The notes under the pieces were generated by a model, which searched no databases, had not been told where the DNA came from, and saw nothing but the letters and a program-made list of their open reading frames with translations. Both the position numbers and the translations under genes were made by a program. 64,000 nucleotides of DNA from Octopus sinensis. Taxonomy: Eukaryota. Of this stretch, positions 50,353 through 63,896 are shown in pieces; the first letter of the stretch is position 1, and each line of letters starts with the position of its first letter. The stretch is taken from the NCBI RefSeq assembly GCF_006345805.1, contig NC_043000.1, positions 28,520,001-28,584,000 on the forward strand. Direction: 5' to 3'.

Positions 50353-50817
50353 ATATATATAATAATAAATATTAGGGAATAAATCCAAATTTACAGGGAA
50401 AAAATCAGATTTAGGATTAAATCCAATTTTATAGTAAAATATTATATAATATTAATTAGAGACAAAACCACTATTTTGCAAAACAAACAAGGAAAGACTT
50501 AATCAATACATAAAATTTTAATAAAAAGTAAAAAATAAAAAGTAAAAATATATATATATTGAAGTAGATAAATGAATTATCTTATTACGGATAATTCATT
50601 AATTTCATGGGCTGCTCGTGAGCGTTTGTCGAAAAGCTTGTTGTGCATTTTGTTGGAGAATTAAGTTCCTGGATTTTCCTGAAGAAAAAGCTGCAAAATG
50701 GACTCCTTATTCAATCGGAATTAGGGACTTTGCAGACTTCGAAACATATGTCGAAAATAAAATAAAGGAATTTTGTTAAATCTTCGTTCAGCTCCATTCT
50801 TTCCTATACTTAATATA

Positions 50818-50908
<91 letters not shown>

Positions 50909-52179
50909 ATCAAATGTATAATAACAGACGATGGATGAGCTGACAATTATCCATCGTCTGTTATTATACATTTGATTATAATACACTCTAATGAATGATG
51001 TCTTCTCTAAGTATTGTACGCATGTGTGTTTGCATTCATGCTCGTTACGTACTCTTGTCGTTAGGTAATGGCAGAAAAGCATTCCTAACGTTTTACTATA
51101 ATATACACCCAGGCCTAATCCCCATTATTTTAGGAGTGGGGAGCCACAACAAGACAAACACCAAGCATTCCATTCATTTCCCAGCTTAATATAAAAAAGA
51201 AATTTTACTCCTTTGAAGCTTGTAGCGGTCGACTCCCGTAACATTTTTTCATACACAAGGCCTTATGTCCAATACTAGCTTAGATCGTAACATTTTATCG
51301 ACACATTGCGTAGTTAAATTGTATTCAACAAAATATTGTGATACAATGCATTGAATTTTAATACACCGAGAGTTACAAGATGTTGTTGCCCAGCCAAAGG
51401 TCAGCTGTGTTTAAAGTAGACGTAGAAGCAATCGTGACCGTGGAGTCATTTGACATATTTTGTCCATATTTTGTCATATTTTGTCCTTGACTGCTTTAAA
51501 CAATTTTGCTTCATTTTAAAGACAGCACTATGCGCTTTTCCTAACAAGTCAACTGACTCCACAGGCATTCTCCCATTTGTTTGTGGTTGATGTTCAGAAG
51601 GCGCGTGGTTTATTGTTTAAGGCGTTGCGCTCAAATCGCAAGATTGTGGTTTTATAGTTCGAGAACCAAGCAGTACGTTGCTTTCTAGACCAAAACATTT
51701 CATTTCACTTTAATCTTCGATCACTGCGACATCTGACGCATGACACTCCTTGCACCTGTACAGGTTAATATCGATCTGATGGAGAGTGTAAGCTAACGTA
51801 CAGCATAAACATTTGATCCTTATAAGCAAAGCATTTGCACAGGTTGTTCGCCAGGAGATTGCGGAACCCTGATCTGTCATTTACGACAGAAGAGTCCTCT
51901 AAAAGAAAAGAAAAAAAAAGACACAACTAATGTTCCAGAGTTATGAAACGAACCCATGACCACTTATCCGGTTGGCCGTTTATCCGGTTGTCCTTTCCTC
52001 TATAGATTCAGCCAGCAACCAATGTCGCTATCATTAAAACACATGACTAATAGATTCATCAACTGTTACCTTCCTTCTTGTTGCTATGGATTATATACAT
52101 ATATATTGCTAAATTAATGTTTTCCATGGTGTAATGGTAGCTATGGTTACCGTTGTTAGGCGTTCCAACACGTAACTGT

Positions 52180-53560
52180 ATTCAGCCAAACTGTTGCAGC
52201 AATTATCGGTATTGTTGATGTTGTAGTTGGTACTGGAACCGGAGGTGGTGGCGGTGGTGGTGGCGGTGGTGGTGGCGGTGGTAGTGGTGATGTCATTGTT
52301 GTTAGTGGTGTTGGTGTTGGTGAGGGTGGAACTAGTGGTACTGCTGCTGCTGCTGCTGCTACTGTTGGTACTACTGTGATGCTTTTGGTTATTATACTGG
52401 TGACGGTGAAAGGGTGTCGCTTGGTGTTAGTTTTTGTTGTATTTTGATAGCGGGGGTGGCGAAGGGGCTTTCAGGGGGGCTGCTGTTGGTTTTAGTACTT
52501 GTGATGCGTTGAGCGTCGTTATCTCTGAACCAAAAGCCTTATGATCAAAGACCGGCCATTCATGACCATCCCATTATATTTCACAGTTTAAGGAACACAA
52601 GAACATACTATTCAACGTGCCATTTTCCAAGGCATCTTTCACTGTGATTTCTAGCAGGCCCATAGGGCACGTAAAGTCTCCCTCGTTAATTCGTAACGTG
52701 TGTGCTGATGTTGGACGGTGGCGATGACAGTTGTGATTGTTGTTGTGGTGATGATGACTGGAACATCAATGGCGGTATTGTTGGCGATGGCGAAGATACT
52801 GGTGAGAGGGATAGTGATTATGGCGGTTGTAATAGCGGTTGGTGGTGGTGGTGGTGGTGGTGGTAGCTTTTGCAGTAGTGTCGGTGGTGGTGGTGGATTG
52901 TGGCCGTGGTTGCGGTGGTGGTGGCGTTTCCGCTGGTTTTTTGTGGTAGTGGTGGTGGTTTTGGCTGAGGTGGTGATAATGATGGTGTTAGTTGTAATGG
53001 TGGAGGTGGTGGTTTTAGCTGTGATTGTGATAGTGATGGTGGTAGTTGTAGTGGTGGTGGGGGGGGATTGTGGCCGTGGTTGCGGTGGTGGTGATAGTGA
53101 TGGTGGTAGTGGTGGTTGTGGTGGTGGTGGTGGTGGTGATGGTGATTCTACCCGTGGTTGCGGTGGTGGTGGAGATTGTGGCCTTGGTTTCGGTAGTGAT
53201 GACGCTTCTGGTGGTGGTGATTAGTGATGGTGGTAGTTGTAGTGGTGGTGGTGGTGGGGATTGTAACCGTGGTTGCGGTGGTAGTGGCACTTCTGGTGGT
53301 AGTGATAGTGATGGTGGTAGTTGTAGCGGTGGTGGTGGTGGTGGTGGTGGTGGTGGTGGTGGTGGTGGTGGTGGTGGTTATAGTGGTGGGGATTGTGGCC
53401 GTGGCTGCGGTGGTGGTGGCGCTTCTGGTGGTGTTTGTGGTCGTGACAGTGGTGGTTTTGGTTACGGTAGCGATAGTGACGGTAGTAGTTATAGTGGTGG
53501 TGGCGAGGGAGTGAGGGGCGTGACGGCGGTAGTGGAACAAGAGGTAGTTTCAACAGAGCC
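52180..53560. repeat. (GGT)n-derived low-complexity region with a higher-order repeat
   Basis: Unit GATAGTGATGGTGGTAGTTGTAG.GGT...GATTGTGGCCGTGG.TGCGGTGGTGG recurs about 5 times in 52860-53480. Confidence 0.85.
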
Positions 53561-54175
53561 TTTAACGATCATCGTCTCCAGCGCGTTGATGGGCGTTGTT
53601 GCCACGGTACTGAGGATGCTAGCGATAATGATGCTAACGCCATTGTTACTACTGCCGTTGCAATTATCTCTGTCGCTAACTGCTGATATTGTGCTTAATT
53701 CTAAGTCTCTTAAACATGTAATTCTATAGCATTTTGTTATTTCTGTGGTTGTCGTTGTTATTGCCCCTGGTGCAGTTCTTCCTGGTTTTTTTTTTAAATT
53801 TTATTTTTTGCTTTTGTTAACTCAGTAGCTATACTTACAATTCCAGTTCTTGTTATTGTTGTTGTTGTTTGGGCATAGGTTAAACAGGGTCGTTCAAATA
53901 TAAGATTACACTATATACGTATTTCTGTGTGTGTGATTGTATATATAGCCACAGGCGTGGCAGTGTTGTAAGAAACTTGTTTACCAACCACATGCTTCCG
54001 TGGCACCTTCGGCAAGTGTCTTCTAATATAAGCCACGGCCCACCAAAGCCTTCTGAGTGGATTTGGCACCAGAAGCCCGTCGTATATATATATATATATA
54101 TTATATATATATATAATATATATAATTATATATATAGTATATATATATCATATACATATACACACACACACACCA

Positions 54176-54223
<48 letters not shown>

Positions 54224-54279
54224 GTGTATGTGTGTGTGTGTGTGTCTGTGTGTGTGTGTGTCTGTGTGTGTGTGTGTGA

Positions 54280-54830
54280 GTCCAGAGGTCATTCACTAAA
54301 TGAATTAAGCGCATGACTGATCTCGATTACTGGGACCGCCTTAAAGCCTTCAAACTCTACTCTCTCCAGCGCCGCCGCGAGCAGTATAAAATTTGCACGA
54401 CGTGGAGAATATACTGCTAGCATTGCCCAATCGACCTCAACATTAGCTTTAAAATTCATCCAAGTTCAGCACCACGGGCCTTACCTCCCCTACCCAGTTC
54501 AGGATCACAACGCATAAATACACTGCAACACAATTTCTTTTCCTCATCAGGCTCTGCACTATTTAACATTGTCCCAAAACAGATCAAAGAGGAAAAGGAG
54601 CCCATCACATTTAAACGGAATCTGGACAAATTTCTCCAGAGAATACCAGATGAGCCACGTATAGCTGGATACAACTCACTCCACAAGAACTCCCTACTAG
54701 AATAGACCATGATACCACAAAACTTGACTTAAAAAGGATTTAGGTAATCCTATCAGGTGGTGCTATTAATTTAGGCATTGCCTGGACCAATCTTTGGTTG
54801 AAACATATCTATGTTTTTATCTAAGTTATA
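54280..54830 (+). mobile_element. 5'-truncated CR1-type LINE 3' end
   Basis: VQRSFTK*IKRMTDLDYWDRLKAFKLYSLQRRREQY...GSALFNIVPKQIK...FKRNLDKFLQRIPDEP..GYNS..KNSLLE, with stops. Confidence 0.85.
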
Positions 54831-54839
54831 TATACATAC

Positions 54840-54881
<42 letters not shown>

Positions 54882-55067
54882 TTCACCTCCACGATCGCTT
54901 GACAGACAATGTTGCTGTGTTTACTTCTTCGTAGTGTAGCGGTTCGACAAAAGAGACAGATAGAATAAGCACTAGGCTTACAAAAAATAAGTTTTGGGGG
55001 CAATTTGTTCGACTAAAGGCGGTGGTCCAGCGTGGCCGCAGTAAATGACTGAAACAAGTAAAAATAT

Positions 55068-55101
<34 letters not shown>

Positions 55102-55616
55102 TATAAGATAATAATTTAGATGTATGAAAACCATCTAAGGGATAGATTTATCCAGAGGCACTCCTGGTAATTACCTCAGTATGTATGGTCCTTGTTATAA
55201 GGTATACAGTAGTGGGTAATTTAAAGGTAAACCGTAGTTTCATGTATATATAGACGACAAGAAATTGGGGAAGTAAATAACAATGAGAAGTGAATCTTTG
55301 GTGCTATGAAGCCATTATTTAATTAAGTAAGATGGGAGTATGACAGAGTAAGTTTACATCCGTTTCTGTATATCAGGCTTGGGGTAAATATGTATTTACC
55401 TCATTGCAATTGATATACATCATCAGAACGAAGAAAACAAAGATAAACAAACGGGAATGGAGAGAAAGACAGTGTAAGGCAAAACAAGAAGAAGAAAATG
55501 TTAAATAATTTGATGGTCTTATGTTTTAGTTAGGTTCAAAGTTTAATGAATCCGTTGTATGATAGATGAGAAGTGAGTTTGTTCAATCTAAGGTCTCGTA
55601 ATTAGTTATTAACATA

Positions 55617-56003
55617 CAGGAAGCACTCCGTCGGTTACGACGATGAGGGTTCCGGTTGATCCGAATCAACGGAACAGCCTGCTCGTGAAATTAACGTGTA
55701 AGTGGCTGAGCACTCCACAGACACGTGTACCCTTAACGTAGATCTCGGGGATATTCAGCGTGACACAGAGAGTGACAAGGTCGGCTCTTTGAAATACAGG
55801 TACAACAGAAACAGGAAGTAAGAGTGAGAGAAAGTTGTGGTGAAAGAGTACAGCAGGGATCACCACCATCCCCTGCCGGAGCCTCGTGGAGCTTTAGGTG
55901 TTTTCGCTCAATAAACACTCACAACGCCCGGTCTGGAAATCGAAACCGCGATCCTATGACCGCGAGTCCGCTGCCCTAACCACTGGGCCATTGCGCCTCC
56001 ACC
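55617..56003 (-). mobile_element. SINE family B, full length, 13-bp TSD
   Basis: AGTTATTAACATA at 55604-55616 and 56004-56016. Confidence 0.92.
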
Positions 56004-56589
56004 AGTTATTAACATAGCTTACACGTGTCTGTAGGTTCGGCTAGTTGACCGCCGGTGTAATCCAAAGGAGTTATCGTTATTGGGGATATCCGGTGTAGTT
56101 CTATAGACGTATGTGGCACTAATTTATAGATTGTAAGTTAGTTCGTATATTTTCAATGGAAGCCGGAATATAAGAGTAAAGTTTATATCTAGATTCTATA
56201 CGATATTGAGTGTAAATGCACTATGTACCAAAACAGGTTTGAAGTGCATAGAAACACAATAAGATCGAAAGGGAAAATTTATCGCTTGTAAAACGAGTTG
56301 GTAGTCTAGCTCTCGAGATAAATTAAATTATAGGAAAATAGTGAAATATAGGAAAATAGTAAGCTAGCACATTCTGTAGAATAAGTATAAAGTTCAGTGA
56401 TTTGTTTATTTATAATGCGGGTTGTGTAAGCTAATTGGTATGTAGGAAGGTTAAAGGGCGGTAGTACAAAGTTAAGTAGGTTCGCTTTGACATTTAAAAT
56501 AGGGGATACTGGTATATAAGGATAAAGTGGGTCTATCCATACTTTGAGAATTCGAATCAGCCTTTATGCAAACATATAATATATATATG

Positions 56590-56661
<72 letters not shown>

Positions 56662-56663
<2 letters not shown>

Positions 56664-56795
56664 TCCTTTCTGTAGAACAGCGTAGGCTCGAAAGGTAAAA
56701 TACTTTTCTATTCCTGAGCGTTATACCAATACATCTGTTTGTTTTCTACACCACCTGTCTTCGTCTTTTGTTTTTTTTTTTGTGAATTCTCCCTA
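56662..56795 (+). mobile_element. Penelope-like terminal repeat fragment with decayed hammerhead
   Basis: CTTT CTGTAGA ACAGCGTAGGCTC GAAA GGTAAAA; core and stems mutated. Confidence 0.4.
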
Positions 56796-56889
56796 CATAT
56801 ATTATATATATATATATATATATAGATAATATATATAATATATATATATATATATTATATATATATATGCACATATATATATTATATAT

Positions 56890-57800
56890 ATTTTTTTCTT
56901 GCTTCAGTCATTTGACAGCGGCCATGCTGGAGCACCGCCTTGAAGGATTTTTTTTAAATCGAAGAAATAGACTCCAGGACTTATTCTTTGAAAGCCTAGA
57001 ACTTATACTATCGTGTCCTTTACTGCCAAGTGACAGAGACGTAAACGCGCCAACAACGGTTATCAAGCGATAGCGGGAGAACAAACACAGACATAAATAT
57101 ACATAGATACAAACATATATATATATATATATATACATACATACAAACATATATATATATATATAGATATATATATATATATAATATATATATATATAAT
57201 ATATATATATATATGCACATATATATATATATACACGACGGGCTTCTTTCGGTTTCGGAATACCAAATCCACTCACGAGGCCTTGGCCGGCCTGAGGCTG
57301 TAGTAGAAGAAGCCTACCCAAGGTGCCATGCAGTGGGACCGAACCCAAGGCCATGTGATCGTGGAGCAAGCTTCTTAGCACACAGCCACGACTGCGTTTC
57401 TATATTATTTTATTCCTTTACTTGTTTCAGTCAGCTGACTGCGGCCATGCTGGAGTGCCACATTGAAAATTGTTTTTAGTTGAACAAATCGACTCCAGGT
57501 CTTATTCTTTAAGCCTAGTAATTATTCTATCGGTTTCTTTTGGCGAACTGCTATGTTACGGTGACATAAACAAACCAAAATCGGTTGTGAAAAAGTGATG
57601 TGGGACAAACACTAACACACACACTCGCACGCACACACACACACATATATATATATATACGACGGGTTTCTTTCAGTTTCCGTCTACCAAATCCACTACA
57701 TGGCTCTTGTCGGTGCAAGGCAATAGTTGAAGACACACATGCCCAAGATGCCACGCAGTGGGACTGAACCCGGAATCATGTGATTGTGAAGCAAGTTTCT
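56890..57800 (-). mobile_element. Two tandem SINE family C copies (about 56890-57395 and 57405-57800)
   Basis: Each has tail, internal microsatellite and head. Confidence 0.8.
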
Positions 57801-58372
57801 TTCCACACAGTCACACAGCCAAATTTCCATTTGGCTTTCGTTCTTTCAGTGAAATGTTCTATATGGAGAATAGTTTTCTTCGAGCAGTTATAAGAATTCA
57901 TACTCATAGACATGCTAGACTGCATCCAAAACAACGGACACCCAAGTGTTTGCGATGGTGGCACTCTCCAACCCCTGTTCTAGATGTCGCTCTTATTTTA
58001 ATTTTCGCTGCTATTCAAATTGCTTCCTTTTTCTTTTCCCAGGAACTCTTTCGTCTTATGCCATCTCTACAATCACAACTTACTCATTTCTCCCCCTTTT
58101 TTTCTCTCATCACCCATATTCTTCGCACAACCACCACCCATAGCTGCCGCATCAACCAACACGATTGTCCCTTCATTCAGATACCGTTATCATTTTAAAA
58201 TATCCCTGTGTATATCCCGTCTGTCCTCAACTTGACAACTCTTCAAGATATAACGCTAACGACTTCACCAGTCTCAGAGCACCAATAAAGTCTATCGATA
58301 AAACTTCTTCTCCTAGGCTAACCCAATAGGATTATTCATGCTTTTTTTTATAAAAGTTCATTAAAACAACTC

Positions 58373-58677
58373 CTGTTTGTTCCTTATCGAACCATGCCTG
58401 ACTCATAAGGACCGTTTTCCCGGTTTCCTTGGCGTATAGGTTCCTAACCTGGACGGAACGCCGGTCCGTCGCAGTTGAGCTGAAAGCTGCAGGAGGAAAG
58501 AGTGAGAGAAAGTTGTGGCGAAAGAGTCAGCAGAGGTTCGCCATTAGCTTCTGCCGGAGCCGCGTCGAGCTTAGGTGTTTCGCTCATAGACACACACATC
58601 GCCCGGTCTGAGTTTCGAACCCGCAGTCCCTCGACCGCGAGTCCGCCTTTCTAACCACTAGGCCATGTGCCTCCACA
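58373..58677 (-). mobile_element. SINE family B with another distinct tail, 14-bp TSD
   Basis: CATTAAAACAACTC at 58359-58372 and 58678-58691. Confidence 0.9.
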
Positions 58678-59566
58678 CATTAAAACAACTCTGACAGAAG
58701 AGGAGTCAGAATAACAGTAATCCTGTTTGCAATTTGTCCCTCAACTTTCTAATTTTCAACCTGTTATAACCTTTCCTGTTATGCATCTGTCCATCTCTTA
58801 TTCTCTTCGTCCCATTCGCCTTTCTAGAACCATATTGTCATAGGTTTGGTTTATATCATTTCTTTCATCTTGTCATATTATTGATGTTTCCCATTTTGAT
58901 ACGGTCTGGTTGATACACTGACTAAGTAGTTGCCGCGTTTTGTTTATGTACACCGTTTTCAATATCCATGAGTAAGGCTTGCTATTGAAGGATGATTGCT
59001 GTAATTAATACATATGTTTAGATCGTTGTTACAGATATTCTTGTCTTCAGTTACTGTTCAATCGATTTACCAACAGTTGTTCTTTACAGCAACACATCTC
59101 TTTCCGCCATCTTTCTCTTCTTCCGATATGATACAACTTAGATGGCCAGAGAGTATATATGTTTTATCTATTATCTATTTGTTTCAGTAACTGGACTGCG
59201 TCCATGATACGGTACTGACTTGAATGGCTTACGCGAACAAATCCACTTCTCTACGTATCTTTTAAGTTTGGTACATATTCTTTCCTTCACTTTTGCCGAA
59301 CTACCGCTAGGGTTATGGGGACATAAACAAACAAACACTGGCTAATTGACAAATAACGGCACCAAGATATACACACACATAAACACTCACACATACACAT
59401 ACACAAACGTATATATATATATATATATAATAACAATAATATTAGGGAGTATGACTCCAAACTTACAAGGAAAAATTGTAATTTAGTAATATCTCTTTTA
59501 TATATATATATATATATATAATATATATATATATACACATATATATACATATACACATATATATAC

Positions 59567-59609
<43 letters not shown>

Positions 59610-60160
59610 ATATATATATATTATATATATATATATTATATATATAATATATATATATATATAGTTTATTCTGAAACAAGAATGCTGTTGTCAGTGACTT
59701 CGAAGTTTCTGCCAGTTAAGCCATCGTCGGACTGCAGTGTATAAAGGCTAATCTTGGGTTTATATAGTCTTTGTTTGGCTAAAGTTTTCCTTTGGTGTAT
59801 GGATTTGAGTGGAGTGGTAATTAGGTTTTAGGGTAGACTTTGTCTTTCATTTTTTCGGGGTCGATACATTAACTACCAGTTGTGTACTGGGGTCGATCTA
59901 ATTGACTGGCCCATTTCCCTAAAATTTCGGGCCTTGTGCTTAGAGTAGAAAAATATCGTTTCTACAGTTTTATATATAATGGCTAATGTATTTTAATTAG
60001 AAATTGTTTTCTCAACTTCGGAAATTTCCCAATTGCTATCTGTGTTAATTGTGTTGTAAAATCCCAAATTTTTATACCCGTTCTTCCTTCAGATATTATG
60101 GTGAGTGTTCCTCACTCCTCCTCCTCCTCTCTTTGCATTTTGGATATCTATTTCAATATA

Positions 60161-60375
60161 CAGGGTGGCCCAAAAGTAGGTTTACAGCTATTCAACTATG
60201 TCTTTCGCATCCACATATTAGCAGTTTACATCTTAATTATAAACATAAATATAAAACCATTATTCTATACAAATTTAGTTAATATTGTGAAGTTCCCTTT
60301 ACATTCTGTAAGATAGAAATTTAAATGTAATGAAGTGTCTTATGGTAACTATAAACCTACTTTTGGGCCAACCTG
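60161..60375. mobile_element. Tc1/mariner MITE (215 bp)
   Basis: TA|CAGGGTGGCCCAAAAGTAGGTTTA ... TAAACCTACTTTTGGGCCAACCTG|TA. Confidence 0.88.
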
Positions 60376-60809
60376 TATATTTTTTCTTTCACGTGTTCTC
60401 CCTATTTAATTAAATCGAGGTTGTCATTTTCGTTGTGGATGATATATCTTCCGAATAGCTTTTTTGTAAATTGATTTTATTTTAGTTTGGTTTAGCATTT
60501 CAGATGCAGGTTTCTGCTCAAGAAATAGTCATATTTTTCAAAAGAATTTCTCAGGTCTTCGCTAGAATCAGCTAATTTTTTCAATTTTAATTTCTTTTAC
60601 ACATAATTCCGTTCATTTTCTTTAATTATCGTTTTAGATGCAGGCATGACTGTGCGGCTAAGAAGTTTGTCATGCAACAACGTAGATTCGCGATACCGTG
60701 GACAAATGTATTCTATTACAGCCCTGGGCTGACCAATAACTAGTAAGTGAAATTGGTAGATACAAATTTATGAAAGCCCTTTCTGTATATAATAATAATA
60801 ATAATAATA

Positions 60810-60852
<43 letters not shown>

Positions 60853-61069
60853 TTACGCAAAATACTTTCTATGTAATCTCAAGTTTTAAAACAAACATAA
60901 TTTTCCTATGGTTTTTTTTTAGACATTCACTAGTACAACACTAAGTACAAAACCAAATATATGGCACCCTAGGCATAACACCAGCATGAACTTCCAACTT
61001 GTTGTCTCTTGAGGTCTCTGGGTGAGACTTGGAGCCAACTTGTACAAATATAAAGCAAAATCAAACATA

Positions 61070-61070
<1 letters not shown>
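60853..61070 (+). mobile_element. 3' end of a non-LTR retrotransposon embedded in (AAT)n, possibly R4/Dong-like
   Basis: Begins TTACGCAAAATACTTTCTATGTAA (LRKILSM*); (AAT)n on both sides (60791-60850, 61071-61124). Confidence 0.45.
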
Positions 61071-61125
<55 letters not shown>

Positions 61126-62049
61126 GGGAGTGTCAAAAAAGGCGGCTTGAGGCTGTAGTAGAAGATACTTGCTGAAGGTGCCACGCAATGGGACTGAACC
61201 CCGAGCTATGTGGTTGTGAAGAAAGGTTATTATCACACATCCACGCCATTATATATATTTCCATTACATATTTTCGTCCCACACTTGTCGTTGGTTAAAA
61301 CTTGCAGTAACTTACTTTAATTAGCTCAAACATGGTTCTCTATATACTATCATGGTTGATACGTAAATTAAATTATTTAGACTAATGTTTTTCGGGATTG
61401 ATTCCGCACAAAGAATTTCTTGGAGGGGGCCCAATAGTGTTGGTTTATTATTTCAAAAAAGATGTATGTTTACATATGTATCTTTGATCCATTTACACTG
61501 GATTGTGGTGTTCAGTTCTATCGTCTTTTTTCAGTTAGATTCTTCTCGTTACTGATTGAACATTTAAACTTTGATTAATAGCATGCATCGTATCCAGGGT
61601 TTATGGTTGTTGTTTTTATTATTATTATTATTATTGTCATCATCATCATTATCATCATCGTCGTCGTCGTCGTCGCTCTCCTTCTCTTCTTTTTCCTCCT
61701 CCGCGTCGTCATTGTTGTTGCTGAATTCAAATCCTGTCGTTTTTGACTTTGCGCGTTTTATTCTTTAGATGTTGATAAAATAAGTACCTGAAAAGTGAGG
61801 TCGATATAATGGACTAGTCCTCCCCTCTAAAAATATTTCAAGCCTTGTGCCTATAGAAGGAAATATCATCATCATCATCATCATCATTACACTCTGCTAG
61901 CCTGTTGTCAAACGAAAATATTTCGAGATTGCGCAAAGTTTTACACCTGTAACTGAATGAATGATTTTGATTTTGGATGTCATTTCCACAGGGTTATAAT
62001 TTGGACATTTTAGAAGGGCTATCCCCTACTGTGGTTAACCGACAAGGCC

Positions 62050-62114
<65 letters not shown>

Positions 62115-62661
62115 CTTTTTCAATCTACCGACTATCACTCAGGCAAAACAAATATGACTTCTCCTTTCCTTGGGCCCGCCCGTCACAAGGGTTACAGTAA
62201 AGAAAAAATATCAAACACCAAGAAAGAAAAAAAAAGAAAACGAATAGTAAAATTTACATTAATAAACTTAACAAATGGTAGAAAGTATTATCTCTCTAAA
62301 AGAAATGCACAGCATAATAGGCAACACGGTTCGTAAACACCACCACAACACCAACAATATGTCTGCCGTGAATAACAAAACGGAAGACTATTGTTTCCGA
62401 GCGTGTTTTTCAAAGAGAAACTGTGTATGAAACAGTATGCTAAAAGGTCGAAAGTCTAGAGCACTTCATACATAGAATAGGGGATCAGCTGACCACATCA
62501 CGGTGTGGCGTGGTGGGAAGGAAGTTCAAAAGTCACTGCAGTCTTACTTGCTCCACACAAGAAACTGTTGGAAACAGTTCTAATAGGTATTTTAAGGGAA
62601 ATATCCTCCTTTACGGGACAGAGAGAAGAGAGAGAGAGAGAGAGCGGTGAGGAGAGGAGGA

Positions 62662-62904
62662 GGATCTTTTCGCTTTGACGGCAGATTTTTAAAATAATTT
62701 CTTTGTAACTAAACACTTTTAAACTTCGTATACTGGTAGAATGTGTTTATAAAACATCTTTTTCTCTTGGCTTTCTTGAGAAAATTATATAGTTTCTAAG
62801 CTATTTGTTGTTTAATTTCTTGCATTTCGGCAATTTGAACCAATCAATGACGTCTATTGAGGTGAATACAATCTCTCCTGATCTTTGTCAAAGCGAAAAG
62901 ATCC
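62662..62904. mobile_element. GGATC-terminal MITE (short form)
   Basis: GGATCTTTTCGCTTTGAC...GTCAAAGCGAAAAGATCC; internal sequence shared with 36592-36848. Confidence 0.85.
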
Positions 62905-63501
62905 GAGAAGGGAAGGGAGAGAGGGAAAATAGAGACTATTACACCATATGTTTTAAAAGTCAAACTACAGAGAATAAATGGAAGATGAAATTGTAGCGGC
63001 TATGGCACTTCATAAGCTGGTTTCGCTGTATTTGATGAGGAACAGAAGAATTACCGTTATGAATGTCGATGATACTGTGGGTCCAAAGTTAAGAGTCACG
63101 TTCGTAACACAACATGAGCAATTAATTAGTGTAGACGCATTATTTGATAAAATGTAGTTGGCTGGGATCACCATTAGGCAAAAATCCTCATAATCCCGCC
63201 AGGTCTCAAAACAATACCAGAATAATATCATGAAGTGAGTATCGGCAGAAGACTCGGCATAAAAGGTAGACTAAGCAGGTATTCTGCAGGTGATAAGAAA
63301 ATATTCAAGGGCTATAGCGGAAGAATGAGAATAACAGGAACAAAGGATGTTGTCTGCTGTAAGTGGACGCCAGACAAAACTCGTGAGTCGGTAAATAAAA
63401 TTGTCCCGTCCTCATGAATAAAGAGTCTAAAAAAAATCTTCACAGCAACAAGATGTTATTGTAAATGTCAAGAAACGTACTCAACAATATAAGCAACACC
63501 A

Positions 63502-63882
63502 AAGGCGGCGAGCTGGCAGAAACGTTCTGAGTTCAAATTCCACCGAGGTCGACTTTGCCTTTCATCCTTTCGGGGTCGATAAATTAAGTACCGGTTGCGC
63601 ACTGGGGTCGGTGTAATCGACTTAACCCCTTTGTCTGTATTGTTTGCCCCCTCTACGTTTAGCCTCTTGTGGGCAATAAAGAAATAAGAAACGTTAGCAA
63701 GCCAGGCGAAATGCTTAGCGGTATTTCGTCTGCCGTTACGTTCTGAGTTCAAATTCCTCCGATGTCGACTTTGCCATTCATACTTTCGGGGTCGATAAAT
63801 TAAGTACCAGTTGCGTACTGGGGTCCATCTAACCTTCTGGCCCCCAAAATTTCAGGCCTTGTGCCTAGAGTAGAAAAGAATA
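63502..63882 (+). mobile_element. SINE-A dimer (tail 1 unit + tail 2 unit)
   Basis: Junction AATAAAGAAATAAGAAACGTTAGC. Confidence 0.88.
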
Positions 63883-63896
63883 TGCAGTGTTCTTTT

